Source: Batkoa obscura (Eukaryota). From it: 64,000 nucleotides of DNA. Below are positions 25,369 through 39,025 of this stretch, piece after piece (position 1 is the stretch's first letter; each line of letters opens with the position of its first letter). The notes beneath the pieces are model-generated. The model worked only from the letters and a program-made list of their open reading frames with translations. It searched no databases and was not told where the DNA came from. A program made the translations under genes and the position numbers. Location of the stretch: positions 868,001-932,000 of the forward strand of contig JASVEC010000001.1 in the NCBI GenBank assembly GCA_030770535.1, read 5' to 3'.

Positions 25369-25607
25369 TTTCTCTCTTTCTTGGTTAATAAATAATGATA
25401 ATAAATAACAGATAATAAATAAATAAAAACAATCAAACTCAAATTAAAAAAATTAAAAATTGTCTTCTCATGTTTATTTTTTTTTATATGATTCAAATCT
25501 TATATTTAATTTGTTTAAAATGTTAAATATCCTAAATTTCCTTTTTTGAATTCTAAAATCTTTTAAATCAATTTGAAGTTCAAAGATTTCTTCTTTTTTA
25601 ATTGAAA

Positions 25608-26545
25608 ATGTTACGAAATTTACTATCCAAAAATAAAACAACAATATTTCATTTTATAAATAAAAGATACTTATCCACAAATGAAGGTAGGATTAAAATA
25701 ATAGTAATTATAGAATGTTAATATATTTTATTTTTAGCTAATACGAGCTTAAAACAAATCTTTTATTCCAATAAAGTACAAACTCATTTAAAAAAAATGG
25801 AAACAAAATATGTTCATTTAGTTGATTTATTTAATAATAAGGTAAATTCGTTTTTTAAATTCGTTTAATGTTTGTAGAATCTATTTTAATAAAATAAAAA
25901 TATTAATAATTTAGGTCCAAGAATTAGATTCGACTTCTCTAGCCAAGTTATCAAGTGATATATCACATTTAGAAACAATAGTAGAAAGTTATCAAACTTT
26001 GAAAGAACAACAAAAGGTAAATTTATATTCAATCAATAATAATTAATAAACAATCATTTAAGGAATATGAAGCATTGGAAGAAATGAATTTAAATGAAAT
26101 GAAAGAAGAAGAAAAAGAAATGAAATTATTAATTTTAGAAGAAAAGAAAACGATATTAGAAAATATTCAACAAAATGAAAATTTATTATTAAATTTATTA
26201 ATACCAAAAGATAATAGTGATGCTTGTTCAGCTATCTTGGAAATTCGTGCTGGTGAGTTGGAGTTTATTTTTTAATATATTGAATTTGTATATTGAATTT
26301 ATTTATTAAATTTATTTATAGGCACTGGTGGTGATGAAGCTGCCTTATTTTCAGAAAATTTATTAACTATGTATCAAAAATATTGTCAATTGAAACGTTG
26401 GAAATTTGAAATATTAAATTGTACTAAATTAGAAAATAAATCTGGCTATAAAGTAATTAATTAACAATTAATTATTTAAATAACATATTAATAATACAAA
26501 TTATTTTTTAGGAAGTTTTAGCTGAAATAAAAGGTAAATTTTTTA

Positions 26546-26578
<33 letters not shown>

Positions 26579-27489
26579 CATATAATTATGATTTATAATT
26601 TATAATTTATAATTTATAATCATATAAAATAGGTTTAGATGTATTTGGTCAATTAAAATATGAATCTGGAGTCCATAGGTACTTATAATAATATAAATGA
26701 TTATCAATAAAAAAACTTAAAGAATAAATAAAAAGAGTACAAAGAATACCAGCTACTGAAAGCCAAGGAAGAGTACATACAAGTACAGCAACAGTAGCTA
26801 TTATGCCCCAAGTTACTGAAGTAGAAGTAGATATTAAAGAAAAAGATTTAAAAATCGAATTATATAGAGCCTCAGGAGCAGGTGGACAACACGTTAATAC
26901 AACAGATAGTGCAGTAAGAATGACGCATCTTCCTACTGGTGTTGTGGTTGCTATGCAAGATGAAAGGTCTCAACATAAAGTAAGTTTTTTTAAACTAGAT
27001 TTTTTTAATTAATTCTAATATTTTTATTAAATTTAAATTAGAATAAAGCTAAAGCATTAAAAGTACTAAGAGCAAGAATCTTTGAAATTGAAAGAGAAAA
27101 AAAAGAACAAGATAGAAGAAAACAAAGGAATTTACAAGTAATTTTTTATAGATATTAATATTAGTTAAAAATGTTCAATAGAATTCAATTTATTTATTTA
27201 TTATTATTACTTAGATTGGTTCAGGTACTCGATCTGAAAAAATACGAACTTATAATTTCCCACAAGTAAATTAATTATTAGATTTATAATATTATATATT
27301 GATTAATATATTAATAATTATTTTAAAAAAATATAGAATAGAGTAACAGATCATCGTATTCAATTTACAATTCATGATTTAGAATCTGTATTAAATGATG
27401 CACAAGGTTTAAATTTAATATTAAATCAATTATCATTTTATAATAATTTAAATCAATTATCATTATTAAATGATTTAGATGAAAAATAA
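25608..27489 (+). CDS. MRF1: Mitochondrial class I peptide release factor (RF1/PrfA type), many small exons
   Basis: Motifs [41 protein letters not shown] (PxT), [37 protein letters not shown], plus a basic N-terminal presequence. Confidence 0.95.
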
Positions 27490-27583
27490 AAATAAAACAA
27501 AACAAAATAAGTAATAAAAATAAAATAGAATTAAATAAAAATAAATTATTATATTATATATTATATATTATATATTATATTAT

Positions 27584-29503
27584 TTATTTTTTAGCATAAA
27601 TTAAACCTAAACCATGTAATACATTACTTGAATAACCATAAAAACCACGAATTATACAACCAGGAGGTAAATATAAAGAACTTGATTTACCACCATGACC
27701 ACCAAACCATTGATTTTGATTTTGATTATTAATAATAAATTGAAAACCATCTACAAAATAGCCAGCATTTATTTTCATACTAATAATTTGATTTAGATTT
27801 AAATTATTTAAATTATATCGATTTCCGCCATTACCACCACATTCAAATATTAATTCATTATTATTATTATTATAAAATTTAATACCATCAATATAAATAC
27901 CTGCATGAATTAATAAATTAATAGAATTAATAGAATTATCAAATATAATTTCAAAATATTGAATATTAGAATGGTTATTATTAGTTGTACCAATTACTTC
28001 CCCTTTATAATAACATTGATTATGTTTAATAATCTTTGAATTTAATATAAATGATTTAAAATCATTAATTATTTTTAATTGATATAGTCCATTAATTTCC
28101 ATACGTAAGTTATTATATTTTTCATTTTGAATTAAATTATTTATTTCTTGATTAATTGAAATTTCAATTTTCTTAGGTAATTGATTTAAATGTTGTTTCA
28201 TATAATTTTGAATATATAATATTTCATCTCCATTTAAAATAAGAATTTGACCAATTCCATTATTAAATTCAATATGAATCTTCTCATCTATAAAATATAA
28301 TTTAAACTGTTCTAAATTATTCTTATAAAACATATATTCATTAGGTATTGAACAACATTTATGTAATCTCATTCTATTTAAATTAGTAATATGAAAATGA
28401 GCCATATTATGTTCTAAAATAGGAATAAATCTATTACTCTTTGGACAAACTAATAAAAATGGTTTATAAAATTCTTCATAACCTCGATTCATAATTCCAG
28501 TAGGTGTATGAGGACAACCTAAAGCATGTACAACTTCATGTAAAAACGCACCTATACCAATACAATAAGCATCCATATGAAGACCTGTACCTTTACGTTC
28601 ATCTACTAGATAATTACGATCAACCTTAGTTAAGTCCATAAAACATGGTATTATTTCCGAGATTGTTTCTGGCCATGCAAAAGTGGTATGAGATCCCATT
28701 ATAGACATTAATTCTTTATCATTAATACCTTGAACAGCTGCATGACCTCGAATTAAATCCATTTCTCGATCATATTTTGTATCTAATATTAAACAAGCTA
28801 CTCGAAATTCATTTTTAATTCCATATTTATTTAAGGTTTCTTTTAATATATTTAATAAGCCTGGTTTATTTTTATCTACTGGTAAATCACCCTCTTTAAA
28901 TTTATATTGTTGTGCAATGTCTTTATCTCGTATTTGTTCCATTGTATATTCACTTTTTAATATCATTATATCTGCTGTATTATTAAATATATTTTCATTA
29001 GTATAAATCGTATCTTGTTGATATTTTTCAACAAAATTAATGGTACTATTATTATAACCATTAATAAACATTTGTTCCCTAATATAAGCTTGCCAAATAT
29101 AAGCTGCCATTCTTAATCTTTTAATTGCACTATCAAGATCATTTCTTTTATTAGGTAAATTTTCAAAAGTTAAATCACTATCTTTAGCAACTAAGATAGC
29201 TAATTGATATGCTGGTTTTGTATTATCTCGTTGATAATTTAAATTTAAATGATATTCTATTTGATTAAAATAAAATTGAATTGAATTTTTACCTTCAATT
29301 AATGGTACTAAACATTTAAATATATTATTAACTACCGAATAATGATATATTTGTTTTAAAGTATCTATAACAACTAAAGCGCCTTCTTTATCAGTATTAT
29401 TATTCCTAATTTCTCCAGTTATTAAAATTAACTTTTGATAAACTATTTCTTCATTTTGTACATTTAATAAATTAATAAATCCGCAATTATTAACTTCACT
29501 CAT
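27584..29503 (-). CDS. Putative zinc metalloprotease (YIL108W-like) with C-terminal jacalin-like lectin domain, intronless
   Basis: HEVVHALGCPHTPTGIMNRGY (HExxHxxGxxH plus Met-turn), RGHAA, WPE; the C-terminus has AGIYIDGIKF / AGYFVDGFQF / FGGHGG / GFYG jacalin repeats. Confidence 0.85.
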   Translation of the reverse strand: MSEVNNCGFINLLNVQNEEIVYQKLILITGEIRNNNTDKEGALVVIDTLKQIYHYSVVNNIFKCLVPLIEGKNSIQFYFNQIEYHLNLNYQRDNTKPAYQLAILVAKDSDLTFENLPNKRNDLDSAIKRLRMAAYIWQAYIREQMFINGYNNSTINFVEKYQQDTIYTNENIFNNTADIMILKSEYTMEQIRDKDIAQQYKFKEGDLPVDKNKPGLLNILKETLNKYGIKNEFRVACLILDTKYDREMDLIRGHAAVQGINDKELMSIMGSHTTFAWPETISEIIPCFMDLTKVDRNYLVDERKGTGLHMDAYCIGIGAFLHEVVHALGCPHTPTGIMNRGYEEFYKPFLLVCPKSNRFIPILEHNMAHFHITNLNRMRLHKCCSIPNEYMFYKNNLEQFKLYFIDEKIHIEFNNGIGQILILNGDEILYIQNYMKQHLNQLPKKIEISINQEINNLIQNEKYNNLRMEINGLYQLKIINDFKSFILNSKIIKHNQCYYKGEVIGTTNNNHSNIQYFEIIFDNSINSINLLIHAGIYIDGIKFYNNNNNELIFECGGNGGNRYNLNNLNLNQIISMKINAGYFVDGFQFIINNQNQNQWFGGHGGKSSSLYLPPGCIIRGFYGYSSNVLHGLGLIYAKK

Positions 29504-31074
29504 ATTTACTACAATTGTATATTATTTTATCTTTCTAATTGAAGTTTGATATAATTTTTTTTAAAATGAATAATAAATATTAATATTATTTGTTTACTCA
29601 ATTCAATATGATTGGTGAGAATGAAATGATTTAATAGTTTACTAAATTTAGTAGTTTCCAACTTTTGGAATGGGTTGGTTATTTATTTGTTAGAGAATAA
29701 ATTAATTAAAAGACTCAAGTGGGACAAAATTTTTGGTAAAATAAAAGTTGTTTAAGGGTCAATTGAATTTCAATAGTATTGACATATTCAAATATTCAAA
29801 TATTAATTTTTAATAAAAAAAGAATTATTTTATTTATATTTATTTAAAGAAATTTGAAACTTTATTATTGAATTAATATATTAACATTTCAATGAAGCTT
29901 AGTAAGTTGTAAAATGGTGGTTATTACAATTATTTATTTTTAAAAGTTAAATGATTTTTAGCCACAAGATCTATATTTAAATGTTCTATAAATTTCAAAT
30001 ATGCCCTTAAATAATAAAACATTGAAAAAATCTAAGAATTTTTATAGTCACCGGTGAAAAATGAGGTATAAAAACAATTTAATACTTTGATTTTTTTTTT
30101 TAAACTTTTTATCAATATGAGTTTATCAATTAACAATTCCAATACTCAAATGAATCATCTTGGAACTTTATTTTTGTTTATATATTCGATAATTGGTACT
30201 TATTTAATAGCAATGATGATATTACAGAATTTATGGTCAAAAGCGGAACCAATCCCATTAAATTCACTTAATTTACCAACTTTTTTATTTTTATTTACAT
30301 TGAAAGTAGTAAGAAAAGAAAGAGTTAATTAAATTTTATTATTAGTTTATAACAGATAATATCACTGGTTGAAATTATTGGCTAGTTTAGTTTAATAATA
30401 ATAGCAATATGAAATGAGCTTTATGAATGTTATTATTATTAATTACTTTTTCTATTAAACAAGGAATAGAATTTAGTATTCCTTTGTTAAGCTTATCCCT
30501 ATCTCTACTCTCCTTTTGAACCTTTGTTAACAAAACCAAAATTCATTCTATTCAGTTTTTCTAAATTTTAAAATCGTTTAACCTACACTTCCCTTCATTC
30601 TTTTCTTTAATTCCTTCAGATTATTCTTACTAACTACCTCTTTTGCTTTTACCTTACTATTTTCTATTGCTTTTTCTTATTCATTTAGAACTTACCTTTT
30701 TTAATAATAATAAATTATTAAAAGTTAAATTTTGAAATTTTATATCTTTTATCTTATATTAGAATATTCTGTCTAGTTTATATCTTTTCATTATTTCGTT
30801 TTATTTTAAATTTTATAATATTTTAATCTCTATTTTATCACTACAATACTGCTTTAATCGTTAATTAAGTAAGCAATATATACTAATAGTACTTGCTTTT
30901 TAATTACAATAAAATGTAAACCAATTTGAATATTTTAATCAACATTTAATTACAATCATATTATAAAATCAAATTTACTTCAAAACAATTAACAATTTAA
31001 AACTTTTTACCAAATAATAACACATATTAATCAAAAGCTAATAATCGAATTTATTAAAAAACTAATAATTAACT

Positions 31075-31434
31075 TTAAGGTTTGCTAAGTTGCCAGATGC
31101 AAGCTAAATTAAAAAAAATTGATTAAAATCCATTTCCAATTACAAATCTATAAAAAACTTACATAAGACAGGAAGGGAAGCAGCAAAAGTACAAGCAGCG
31201 GTAAATTTAATAGCGAAAGCGGTTTTATTTTTAACACTGAAAGGAAGATGCTAAAAGAAATGATTATTAATTTTCTTTAATACAATACAAATATTTGGAT
31301 TTTTTTTTTGAATATATTATGATAGAAAACCAAAAACTTACACTTCCATCTTTATTTTCAAAATGATAAAGGTCGCTACGACGTACTTGACGAAGGGCTA
31401 AGGTGGAACGTGATAAGGCTTTACGGGCAATCAT
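31075..31434 (-). CDS. COX8: Cytochrome c oxidase subunit, COX7C family (fungal Cox8), 3 exons; not in the ORF track
   Basis: Exons 31434-31342, 31250-31163 and 31103-31075 give MIARKALSRSTLALRQVRRSDLYHFENKDGSHLPFSVKNKTAFAIKFTAACTFAASLPVLSCIWQLSKP*. Confidence 0.82.
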
Positions 31435-32655
31435 AATTTTGGATTGATTTAAAGAAATTGAAGCAATATTAACTCATCGAATGCTTTTTAGAAATAGACT
31501 ATTAAAGAATTTGATTGGTTCAAAATGGATACCAATTTTTTTGGTGGCTATATTGATTTTTAAAAATTCGGAATTTTCAACAATTTTTGGATCTTTTAGT
31601 CACTTCTTTTTGAAGCGTACCAATCAAATAAGTGTAACCACAGTTTAAACCACTTGATTGGTGTAATTAATATATATAAAAATGAAGTAAATTATTATGG
31701 GAGTAAAAATCCAATTATCAAAATTGACATAAAAATCAATTTCAAATATTATAGTATTATTTAGATTTATTAAACTCATTTAAAATTTAATAGTTAATCG
31801 ATTACTTGTATTCTAATATCTTCTTCTTTATGTATGACTTTATTTCTTATAAGGCTGGAAGCGTTTCAAATTATTCATTTTTTATATATTATGATTGATT
31901 TTAAAAAATTATTAAAAATAACTCATTCGTAAACGACATTACACTCTTGTTAAATAAGCTTTTAATAGTATATATCAGCCATAAAGGTAAATACAACTGT
32001 AATTGATAAAATATAGAACATTTTATAAAAAAATAAAAGTAAATCTTTTTTATTTTTGAATAATTTTGTCCACTTTTTATACAGAATAAAATATCAAGCA
32101 AAAAAAACATTCCTAAAAATACTTTATAAAATAGAAGTAAAATTTGTTGTTTAAGATATTGATTTCATCTCCTGTATTTTAAAAAGGGATACTATTAATT
32201 TTTTTACTTCCTGGCATCATTCTATTTTTATAATATCAAATCGAAAATAAAATAGATTTCCTTAGCAAATAAATTTATTAAATACAGAAATGTCATTTTG
32301 AAAAAAATAGGATCCAAAACTTAACTATAGTTGATGTTGTATGAAAAATGGTCTAATTGTTGGAAGAAAAAAAATCATCCCTGATAATTAATCTTGAAAT
32401 TAATTATTTTCACTAATCGAAGGCGGTTATAGTTTTACCGATAACTTTTTAAATTGTTTTGAGCAATAAATTAATAGAAAGGAGTTTAGATGATATAATA
32501 TAGAGAATTGAAATTCATTATTGTTTGATAGTATATAATTTATAATATAATTTTGATAATTAGGATTGGTAAATAGTTCGTAAAATAAATTTACTATTAT
32601 ATTTTAATAATCAAAAGGAAATAATACAAAGTAATAAATAATTTATTTTTCAAAA

Positions 32656-34256
32656 TTAACAAAATTGATTAAAGTTAAATTCCGATTTAGCTTCATTTAA
32701 ATCTTCAATAACAGATTTATATTCTTCAAAGGTAGTATTATATCGATTTAATAACTTTTCTAAATAAATTACACGATTTTTGGAGACTATAGCGGTTGTT
32801 GGTGATATAGAATAAGTATGATACATATGATTTAAAAAAGTAATTGCTGTCATTAATACTGTTCTCATTGAAAATGGTAATTCTTTTGGGTTTGGTGTCA
32901 AATTGTATTCAATATGAATTGTATCCCAATTTTGAATTAAATTAAATAACTCCATTGCTGAGCTTAATATAGTACAGAAATGAACATAATCTTTAGGCAA
33001 TGGATATTTGTAACATAATATAGTTGGCCAATATAATAATATAGTAAAGAAATGTAAAAAATAATAATTGAAACAATACGTTTTTTCTTTAATTGTATTA
33101 TTCTCGAATACGATTTTTTTAATCCCGTTGTAAGTGTTGGGTTCATACGTATCCACTGATATTTGTTTATACCAATCATATATCAATCTCTCGATTTCTT
33201 GTGATTCTTTACTAACGTTGTTTTGTATGATTTGAAGGAATTCTTTACTTTTAGGCTTAAAGCGTGAAATATAAATTTGGGAATTAATTGAAAATGTAAA
33301 TTCAATCATTGTTGAAACTAAACCAGAATAGGTAATATTTTTAGGATTGGGTAAGATTTGATTTGAAAAAAAATCAGATTGATCAATAAATTTACTTGTT
33401 AATGTATTAATATCATTAATTACAAATGGTTTTCCAGATAATATTGCTATATATCTTTTAGCTAATAATAATATTGGCCATACCTGACTTAATAAAGGTA
33501 CTATTTCATTATTCTCACTTATACTCATTTTATCTTTAATAAGTTCTGGAAAATCATCATTTATTTTAACTAAACCATTTTCACTTGCGATAGTTTGGAA
33601 CATACTAGACAATAAAATTAGATGAATAAAAATTAAATGAAAATACTTACTTAAAAGATGAATCTAAATTTATAAAGATAAGTATACATTATTTGATGTA
33701 AAATTTGAATATTACCTATATATTTTTCAGCAGAGTAAATCTTTCTTAATTTAAAAAAATAAAATCCATAAAGCATCAAAGCTTTCATATTTGAAAGAGT
33801 TGGTTTAAGATATGCTTTAGGCAATTGGGTAGCTATTAATCCTAAACAATAATTTTCAGTTTGATTTAAATTGTAACCATAATCCTCGGTTAATGTAGTG
33901 CAACTAAGAACAATTAAAACGGACTTTAATAATAAATTTTCCTTCATTTCTAATATCAAATCTTGTTCGCTATTGAATAAAATTGAATGAGCTGATGAAT
34001 TCATAAAGGAATTGGCTACTACTTCTATAAAGACTTCATCTTTTAATGCTTTATCCACTGGTTTAAATCGAGTTTGCATACTGTAAGAAGGGTTTACACC
34101 ATTACTTGAAGGTGGTGATACCATACCCTTTTCATTTAACTTATTTTCAAGAAACTCAACTCGTTTTACAAACTGAGCTATTGGTTTTGTTAATTTCAAC
34201 ATGGATTCTAATTGTCGAGCTCTTTTATCAATAGAGGCCAACACAAATTTACTACC
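32656..34256 (-). CDS. Fungal transcription-factor-like protein (coiled coil + middle-homology-type helical region); 5' end unresolved
   Basis: Two long ORFs separated by introns: RARQLESML/RVEFLENKL coiled coil, PTLSNMKALMLYG, LIYDWYKQI, HFFTILLYWP, CTILSSAMELF. No intact Zn2Cys6 cluster seen. Confidence 0.55.
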
Positions 34257-35000
34257 CTTTATGTTATTCAGTTAAATATTTAATTGTTTGCTTTATAGCA
34301 TTAACTTACTTTTCGCTTAGTTCCGTTCTCTTTATCGTTCTTTTCTTTATCGTTCTTTTCTTTATCCGATTTATTCGACATTTCAATAAACTAAAAACTA
34401 AATTTTAAATTTTTGAAAATTTAAAAGAATGAGTAAAAATTAGTTGCATGATTTAATTAAATTAGCTACGCTAAGAATAAACTACTTAAGCCGATAATTG
34501 TTTCCAGTTATTGCATTTTTTTTTAATCAAAACCATAGAAGTTTCGCAGTATAGGAATATATTTTGTTTTGCAATCTTATACAAATTATTCTAATTTCTA
34601 TGTTGCATGAAAAATGAACATAATGAAAAGACTATTCTTCAAACTAAACTGAATTTTTAATAAATCCTTGATTAAAAATTAAATTAAATTAAATTTCAAA
34701 AAGAATTTATATTAGAAACTTTTTAATAATAATATAAACTGATATTACAAAGATGTTTACAAATTATAAATAATATTACTACTAAAATACATACTGTATG
34801 GATAAAACAAGTTTTGATTTTTTTCTATCATGCGCTTTTTAATTCATCAATATAAACTAACTCAAAATATTGATTAATTTGAAATAATATTAGTATTAAT
34901 ATTAATAAATTTAAATTTAAACTTTATGTGTCAAATATAAAAGATTTTTATAAGCTATAAAATTCTATATATCTAGATTTAAAATTTAAAATAACTATAT

Positions 35001-35099
35001 GGGGATGTATTTTTGTGTTTAAGAATTTTACTATCAATTTTTTTATTCAAATAGCGCTTAAAAGATAGAAAAAATAATGAAACAAAAAAATACATCCCC
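35001..35099. mobile_element. MITE family A, copy 6
   Basis: GGGGATGTA...TACATCCCC, TSD ATAT/ATAT. Confidence 0.85.
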
Positions 35100-35539
35100 A
35101 TATAGCGTAAAGTATTTGAATCAAATTTCTATTAAATTTCTTTGGATAAGTTTAAACTGATGTTTTTAAGTAGCATCCTGTAGTACTTCCCAAGACATTA
35201 ACCGGTTTTGTTTTAATATTATTATATTAAAGGAAATGATTCCAAAGATAATGACCTGCTTTATTTTACTTCAATCACTATAATTTAATAAATTATACTG
35301 TTCTATTTTCTTATTTTATGTTTATATTTGTTGATAAATAACCATAAAAGAGGTCTATGAACTATTCATAAATTATTTATTACTATTATTATAGCTCAAT
35401 AAACTATACTTTGTTTAGAAAGGTATTTGTAGTAACTAGTCTCGCTGATAATAGAGTTATCAATTTATTAATATGATTATTGTTGCGATTTAATACATAG
35501 ATCAAGCAGCAATACTTTGTTTACCGTATAGGATTATAT

Positions 35540-35638
35540 GGGGGTGTTTTTTTTGGCTTCATCACTTTTTCCATCTTTTAAGCGCTATTTAAGTGGAAAA
35601 ATTGTTAGTAAAATTCTTAAACACAAAAATACATCTCC
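35540..35638. mobile_element. MITE family A, copy 7
   Basis: GGGGGTGT...ACATCTCC, TSD ATAT/ATAT. Confidence 0.85.
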
Positions 35639-35984
35639 ATATAAAATTGTTTAAAAAAAGTTATATAATTTAAAAGCAGTAATATAATATTATTGTTATA
35701 ATAAATTATTATTAAATAAATTGGCTCATTTATTGATTATACTCTTCATTAAAAGTTTAATATCTAATGTTTAGTTTAAATGAAAAAATACTTTAGATAA
35801 CTAACAATGGAAAGCTATTAAACAAAATTCCAGGCAGGGTGTTTTTCATTCAAAACAGCAGTTTAAATATATTGCATTATATTACAAGGGAATAAAAATA
35901 ACAGATACAAAGATAAGTCAATGATAAAAACAATACCCGCAGTAACAATATTGAAATTCATGTTTTTAATAGTAGAAAACATAT

Positions 35985-36083
35985 GGGGATGTATTTTTTT
36001 GTTTAAGAACTTTACTAACAACTTTTCCGCTCAAATAATGCTTATAAAATGAAAAAAGTGATGAAACTAAAAAAGACATACTC
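35985..36083. mobile_element. MITE family A, copy 8
   Basis: GGGGATGT...ACATACTC, TSD ATAT/ATAT. Confidence 0.85.
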
Positions 36084-36138
36084 ATATATTTAATGAATAA
36101 AATTACTTTTATCAAAAATGTTTAAAAAAAAAGTACAG

Positions 36139-36601
36139 TGTGAAATATTGGTTTATTAGCTCTCGAATTGATTATAACACAACAATCACTTAAGTTGCTG
36201 TGTTCTCAAGTTCAAACACAATCAACTCAGAGTCCCTTATTTTGATTTGCTACGAGAATTTCTAACTTCATATTGCAAAGGATAATATCCTCTCATTTTG
36301 ATATCCATACTTGTTGGAGTATAAAAGAGATTCTTCAACATGATAATTCGAGGCTTTTTAATTGGATTACTCCCTGATAACGTACTATTAATAAAGCCAC
36401 AAAGTCTTTCTGACAATATCTTATATAGATTTTACGGTAGTATCTTTCATTGTATTTGTTTTACATAATTCGTAGCTTATACGTATTATTTCTATTAAGT
36501 TAAGTCTATTTTAGTTACATAAACTAAGACCGTTCGACTCAAGGCAAGTTAATTAAGCAAGAGTAGCTTTTAACTCCAACGACTGAGTATCAACTTTCAC
36601 A
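36139..36601 (+). mobile_element. Solo LTR, copy 1
   Basis: TGTGAAA...TTTCACA termini, internal TATAAAAG and AATAAA, 4-bp TSD ACAG/ACAG; six homologous copies in the window. Confidence 0.85.
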
Positions 36602-37492
36602 ACAGTAATAAAATTATTATTTAACTTATTATGTTTATTAGAGTTTTTGTAAATAAACTTTAAAGTAAATGTGTTGGTTAAATTAGTTAAAGCTTAATTC
36701 AAGCTGCTTTTTAAAGTTTATTTATTATAAAAATTAACAAATATTATAAAAAACATAATTTTTTTAATATAACCCTCCCTAAATAAATAAAATTTGGTAT
36801 TTAAAGCCTGATTATTTTATATTAATTATAAAAGGCTGAAAGCTTAAAAAAAGATTTGCAACAACTTGTTAAAAAAATGTATAAAATACAAATAAAGCTG
36901 TTTAATAAAACATAAAATTATACTAGCAATAATAATAAAAAATAAAAATAATAAAAAATACTTATATTAAAATGTTATTTAATATAGCTAAAAAAATAAA
37001 AAATATTTTGCAGTAATAGACTAAAAATATAAATAAAGCTTAGTATTTAGTTATATGATAAAATATGATATTTTATCAAAAACAATTATAATGCATAATG
37101 TTATAATCTTAAATAAAGCTAATAGTTAATAAATATTGAATTATCTAATTAAAACAGACTTTAATTTGTAAGCATAAAGAATAATAAAAAGTGGGTTATG
37201 TAAAGTATTATAAGCATAATATTTATTGATAAATTATATAAAATAATAAAATAAAAGTAATAAAAACAAACATAACTAAGAAAATAAATTAAGTAATATA
37301 TATAAATTTTAATATAAAAATAAAATACAACATTATTTAAGTAATTAAAATATAAGCTGTAAAATTAATTTTTATACTTTATATTACTTTGCCAAATTAC
37401 TTAAAATCATTAAAAGTTTGAATTAATTTTAAAACTTCTTTGTTTAAATTGGTTTATATAAATGTTATTGTTTTATTTAAAAAAGCTTTTAG

Positions 37493-38042
37493 TGTAAAAT
37501 ATTGGTTTATTAGCTCTCAGATCAATTATAACATAATAATGATTTAACTTGTTTACAAAACTAGTTGTAGTCTTGTAATCAATTTGACCGTGATCCATGT
37601 AGTATAACCAATTCAGAGTTCCTCATTTAGATTTGCTGTGATAATTTCTATCGCCTGATTGCAAAGAATCTAATGTCCATGTTTTAATGTCCATACTTGA
37701 CAGCTATAGTAAGGAAGAACTATTATTGCCGCCCCTTACATATAGCCACCAAGTTGGAGTATAAAAGAGGTTCTTCAACATACTAACTCGATGGTTTTTA
37801 ACTGAATTACTCCCTGATATCGTATCATTAATAAAGTCACTAAGTCTTTTTGACAACATCTTACGTAGATTTTACAGTAGTATTATCTATTCTATTTGTT
37901 TTACATAGTTCGTAACTTATTACGTATTATTCTTATTAATTTAAGTCTATCTTAGTTATATAAACTAAGACCCTTCGACTCAAGGCAAGTTAATTAAGCA
38001 AGAGTAGCTTTTAACTCCTACCACTGAGTATCAACTTTCACA
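37493..38042 (+). mobile_element. Solo LTR, copy 2 (longest variant)
   Basis: TGTAAAA...TTTCACA, homologous to copy 1 with two extra internal segments; no TSD. Confidence 0.82.
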
Positions 38043-38125
38043 ATTATTAAATTTAATTATAAAAAAAGGAAATTCAAAGGTTAAAGACTTACCTAAATCA
38101 AAAAAGTTTAAAAAAATAACAAAAT

Positions 38126-38221
38126 GGGGGTGTTTTTTTGGCTTTATTATTTTTTTCATTTTTTAAGTGCTATTTGAGCGGAAAGATTGTTAGTAAAATT
38201 CTTACAAAAAAATACATCCCC
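38126..38221. mobile_element. MITE family A, copy 9
   Basis: GGGGGTGT...ACATCCCC, TSD AAAT/AAAT. Confidence 0.85.
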
Positions 38222-38917
38222 AAATTATAAGTTAATATTATTAAACAGCAGTTGAAAAAATTTAAATTTTTAGTTTTAAAATTAATTTATTTAATAGGAT
38301 CTTTAACTTGTATTTTAAAAAAAAAATTAATATAAGATTTAAATTAAAAAATGACAATTTGCTATTAAATATTATATTATTAACTGAAAATTAAAAACTT
38401 TAAAAAACAAATTTTATAAAAGATTATTTAATATAGCTATTTGTAACAAATTGTAATTATACTTTACTAGTTTTTAGCTAGTTTAAAAGTTAAAAGTTGG
38501 GTTTAAAAAAATAATGAGATTATTATTTAATTTTATAAAGCTACAGTTTTTAAAAAATTTTGTTATTTTATCAAATAATACAAAAATCTATACTTTTTAA
38601 CTAATCTCAAAATTTATAAAAATAAATGAAACAAAAAGTATAAAAGTCCTATTATATAGTCCAAACCTATCTTTTTGTGATTTCTGGTTATTTTTAAAAA
38701 CCAGAAAGTCTGCTGCTGGTATAATTTTTACTTTATTTTTAAAGAAAATTTAAAAAAAAATTATTAAAAGCTTCTGAGCAACAATTTAAGAATCATTTTA
38801 TGTTGTGGAAGAAGAAGAAGTAAATGTGTATTGCATTGGGTGGTGATTGTTTTTCTTAATTAGTGCTTTTGCTAATTTTTAAATAAAGATCATAAAAACT
38901 CTTTATGGCTTTTATAA

Positions 38918-39025
38918 CCCTTTGAGTACCGAATACTTTAAAAAATTCTGTTTCATTAGGTCATAACTTCTAATCAATTTTATACGAATTGGACCAGTTT
39001 TTTTTGAAACTCGATACTCATAGGG
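38918..39025. mobile_element. piggyBac-like MITE
   Basis: TIR CCCTTTGAGTACCG / CGATACTCATAGGG flanked by ATAA and TTAA. Confidence 0.6.

Noticed and set aside
26545..27583. (TTA)n, (ATTTATA)n and (TATAT)n arrays, also at about 49575-49612 and 57160-57189, as CRISPR-like or functional repeats
   Set aside because: Simple microsatellites in introns or intergenic DNA with no spacers; eukaryotic context.
30050..30700. 81-aa ORF and purine/pyrimidine-skewed tract as a gene or pseudogene
   Set aside because: No recognisable motif or consistent reading frame on either strand; cannot be supported.
36139..38042. Two direct LTRs about 890 bp apart as one TRIM or full retro-element
   Set aside because: The LTRs are different structural variants, the first has its own TSD (ACAG/ACAG), and the interior is AT-rich with no PBS, PPT or ORF.
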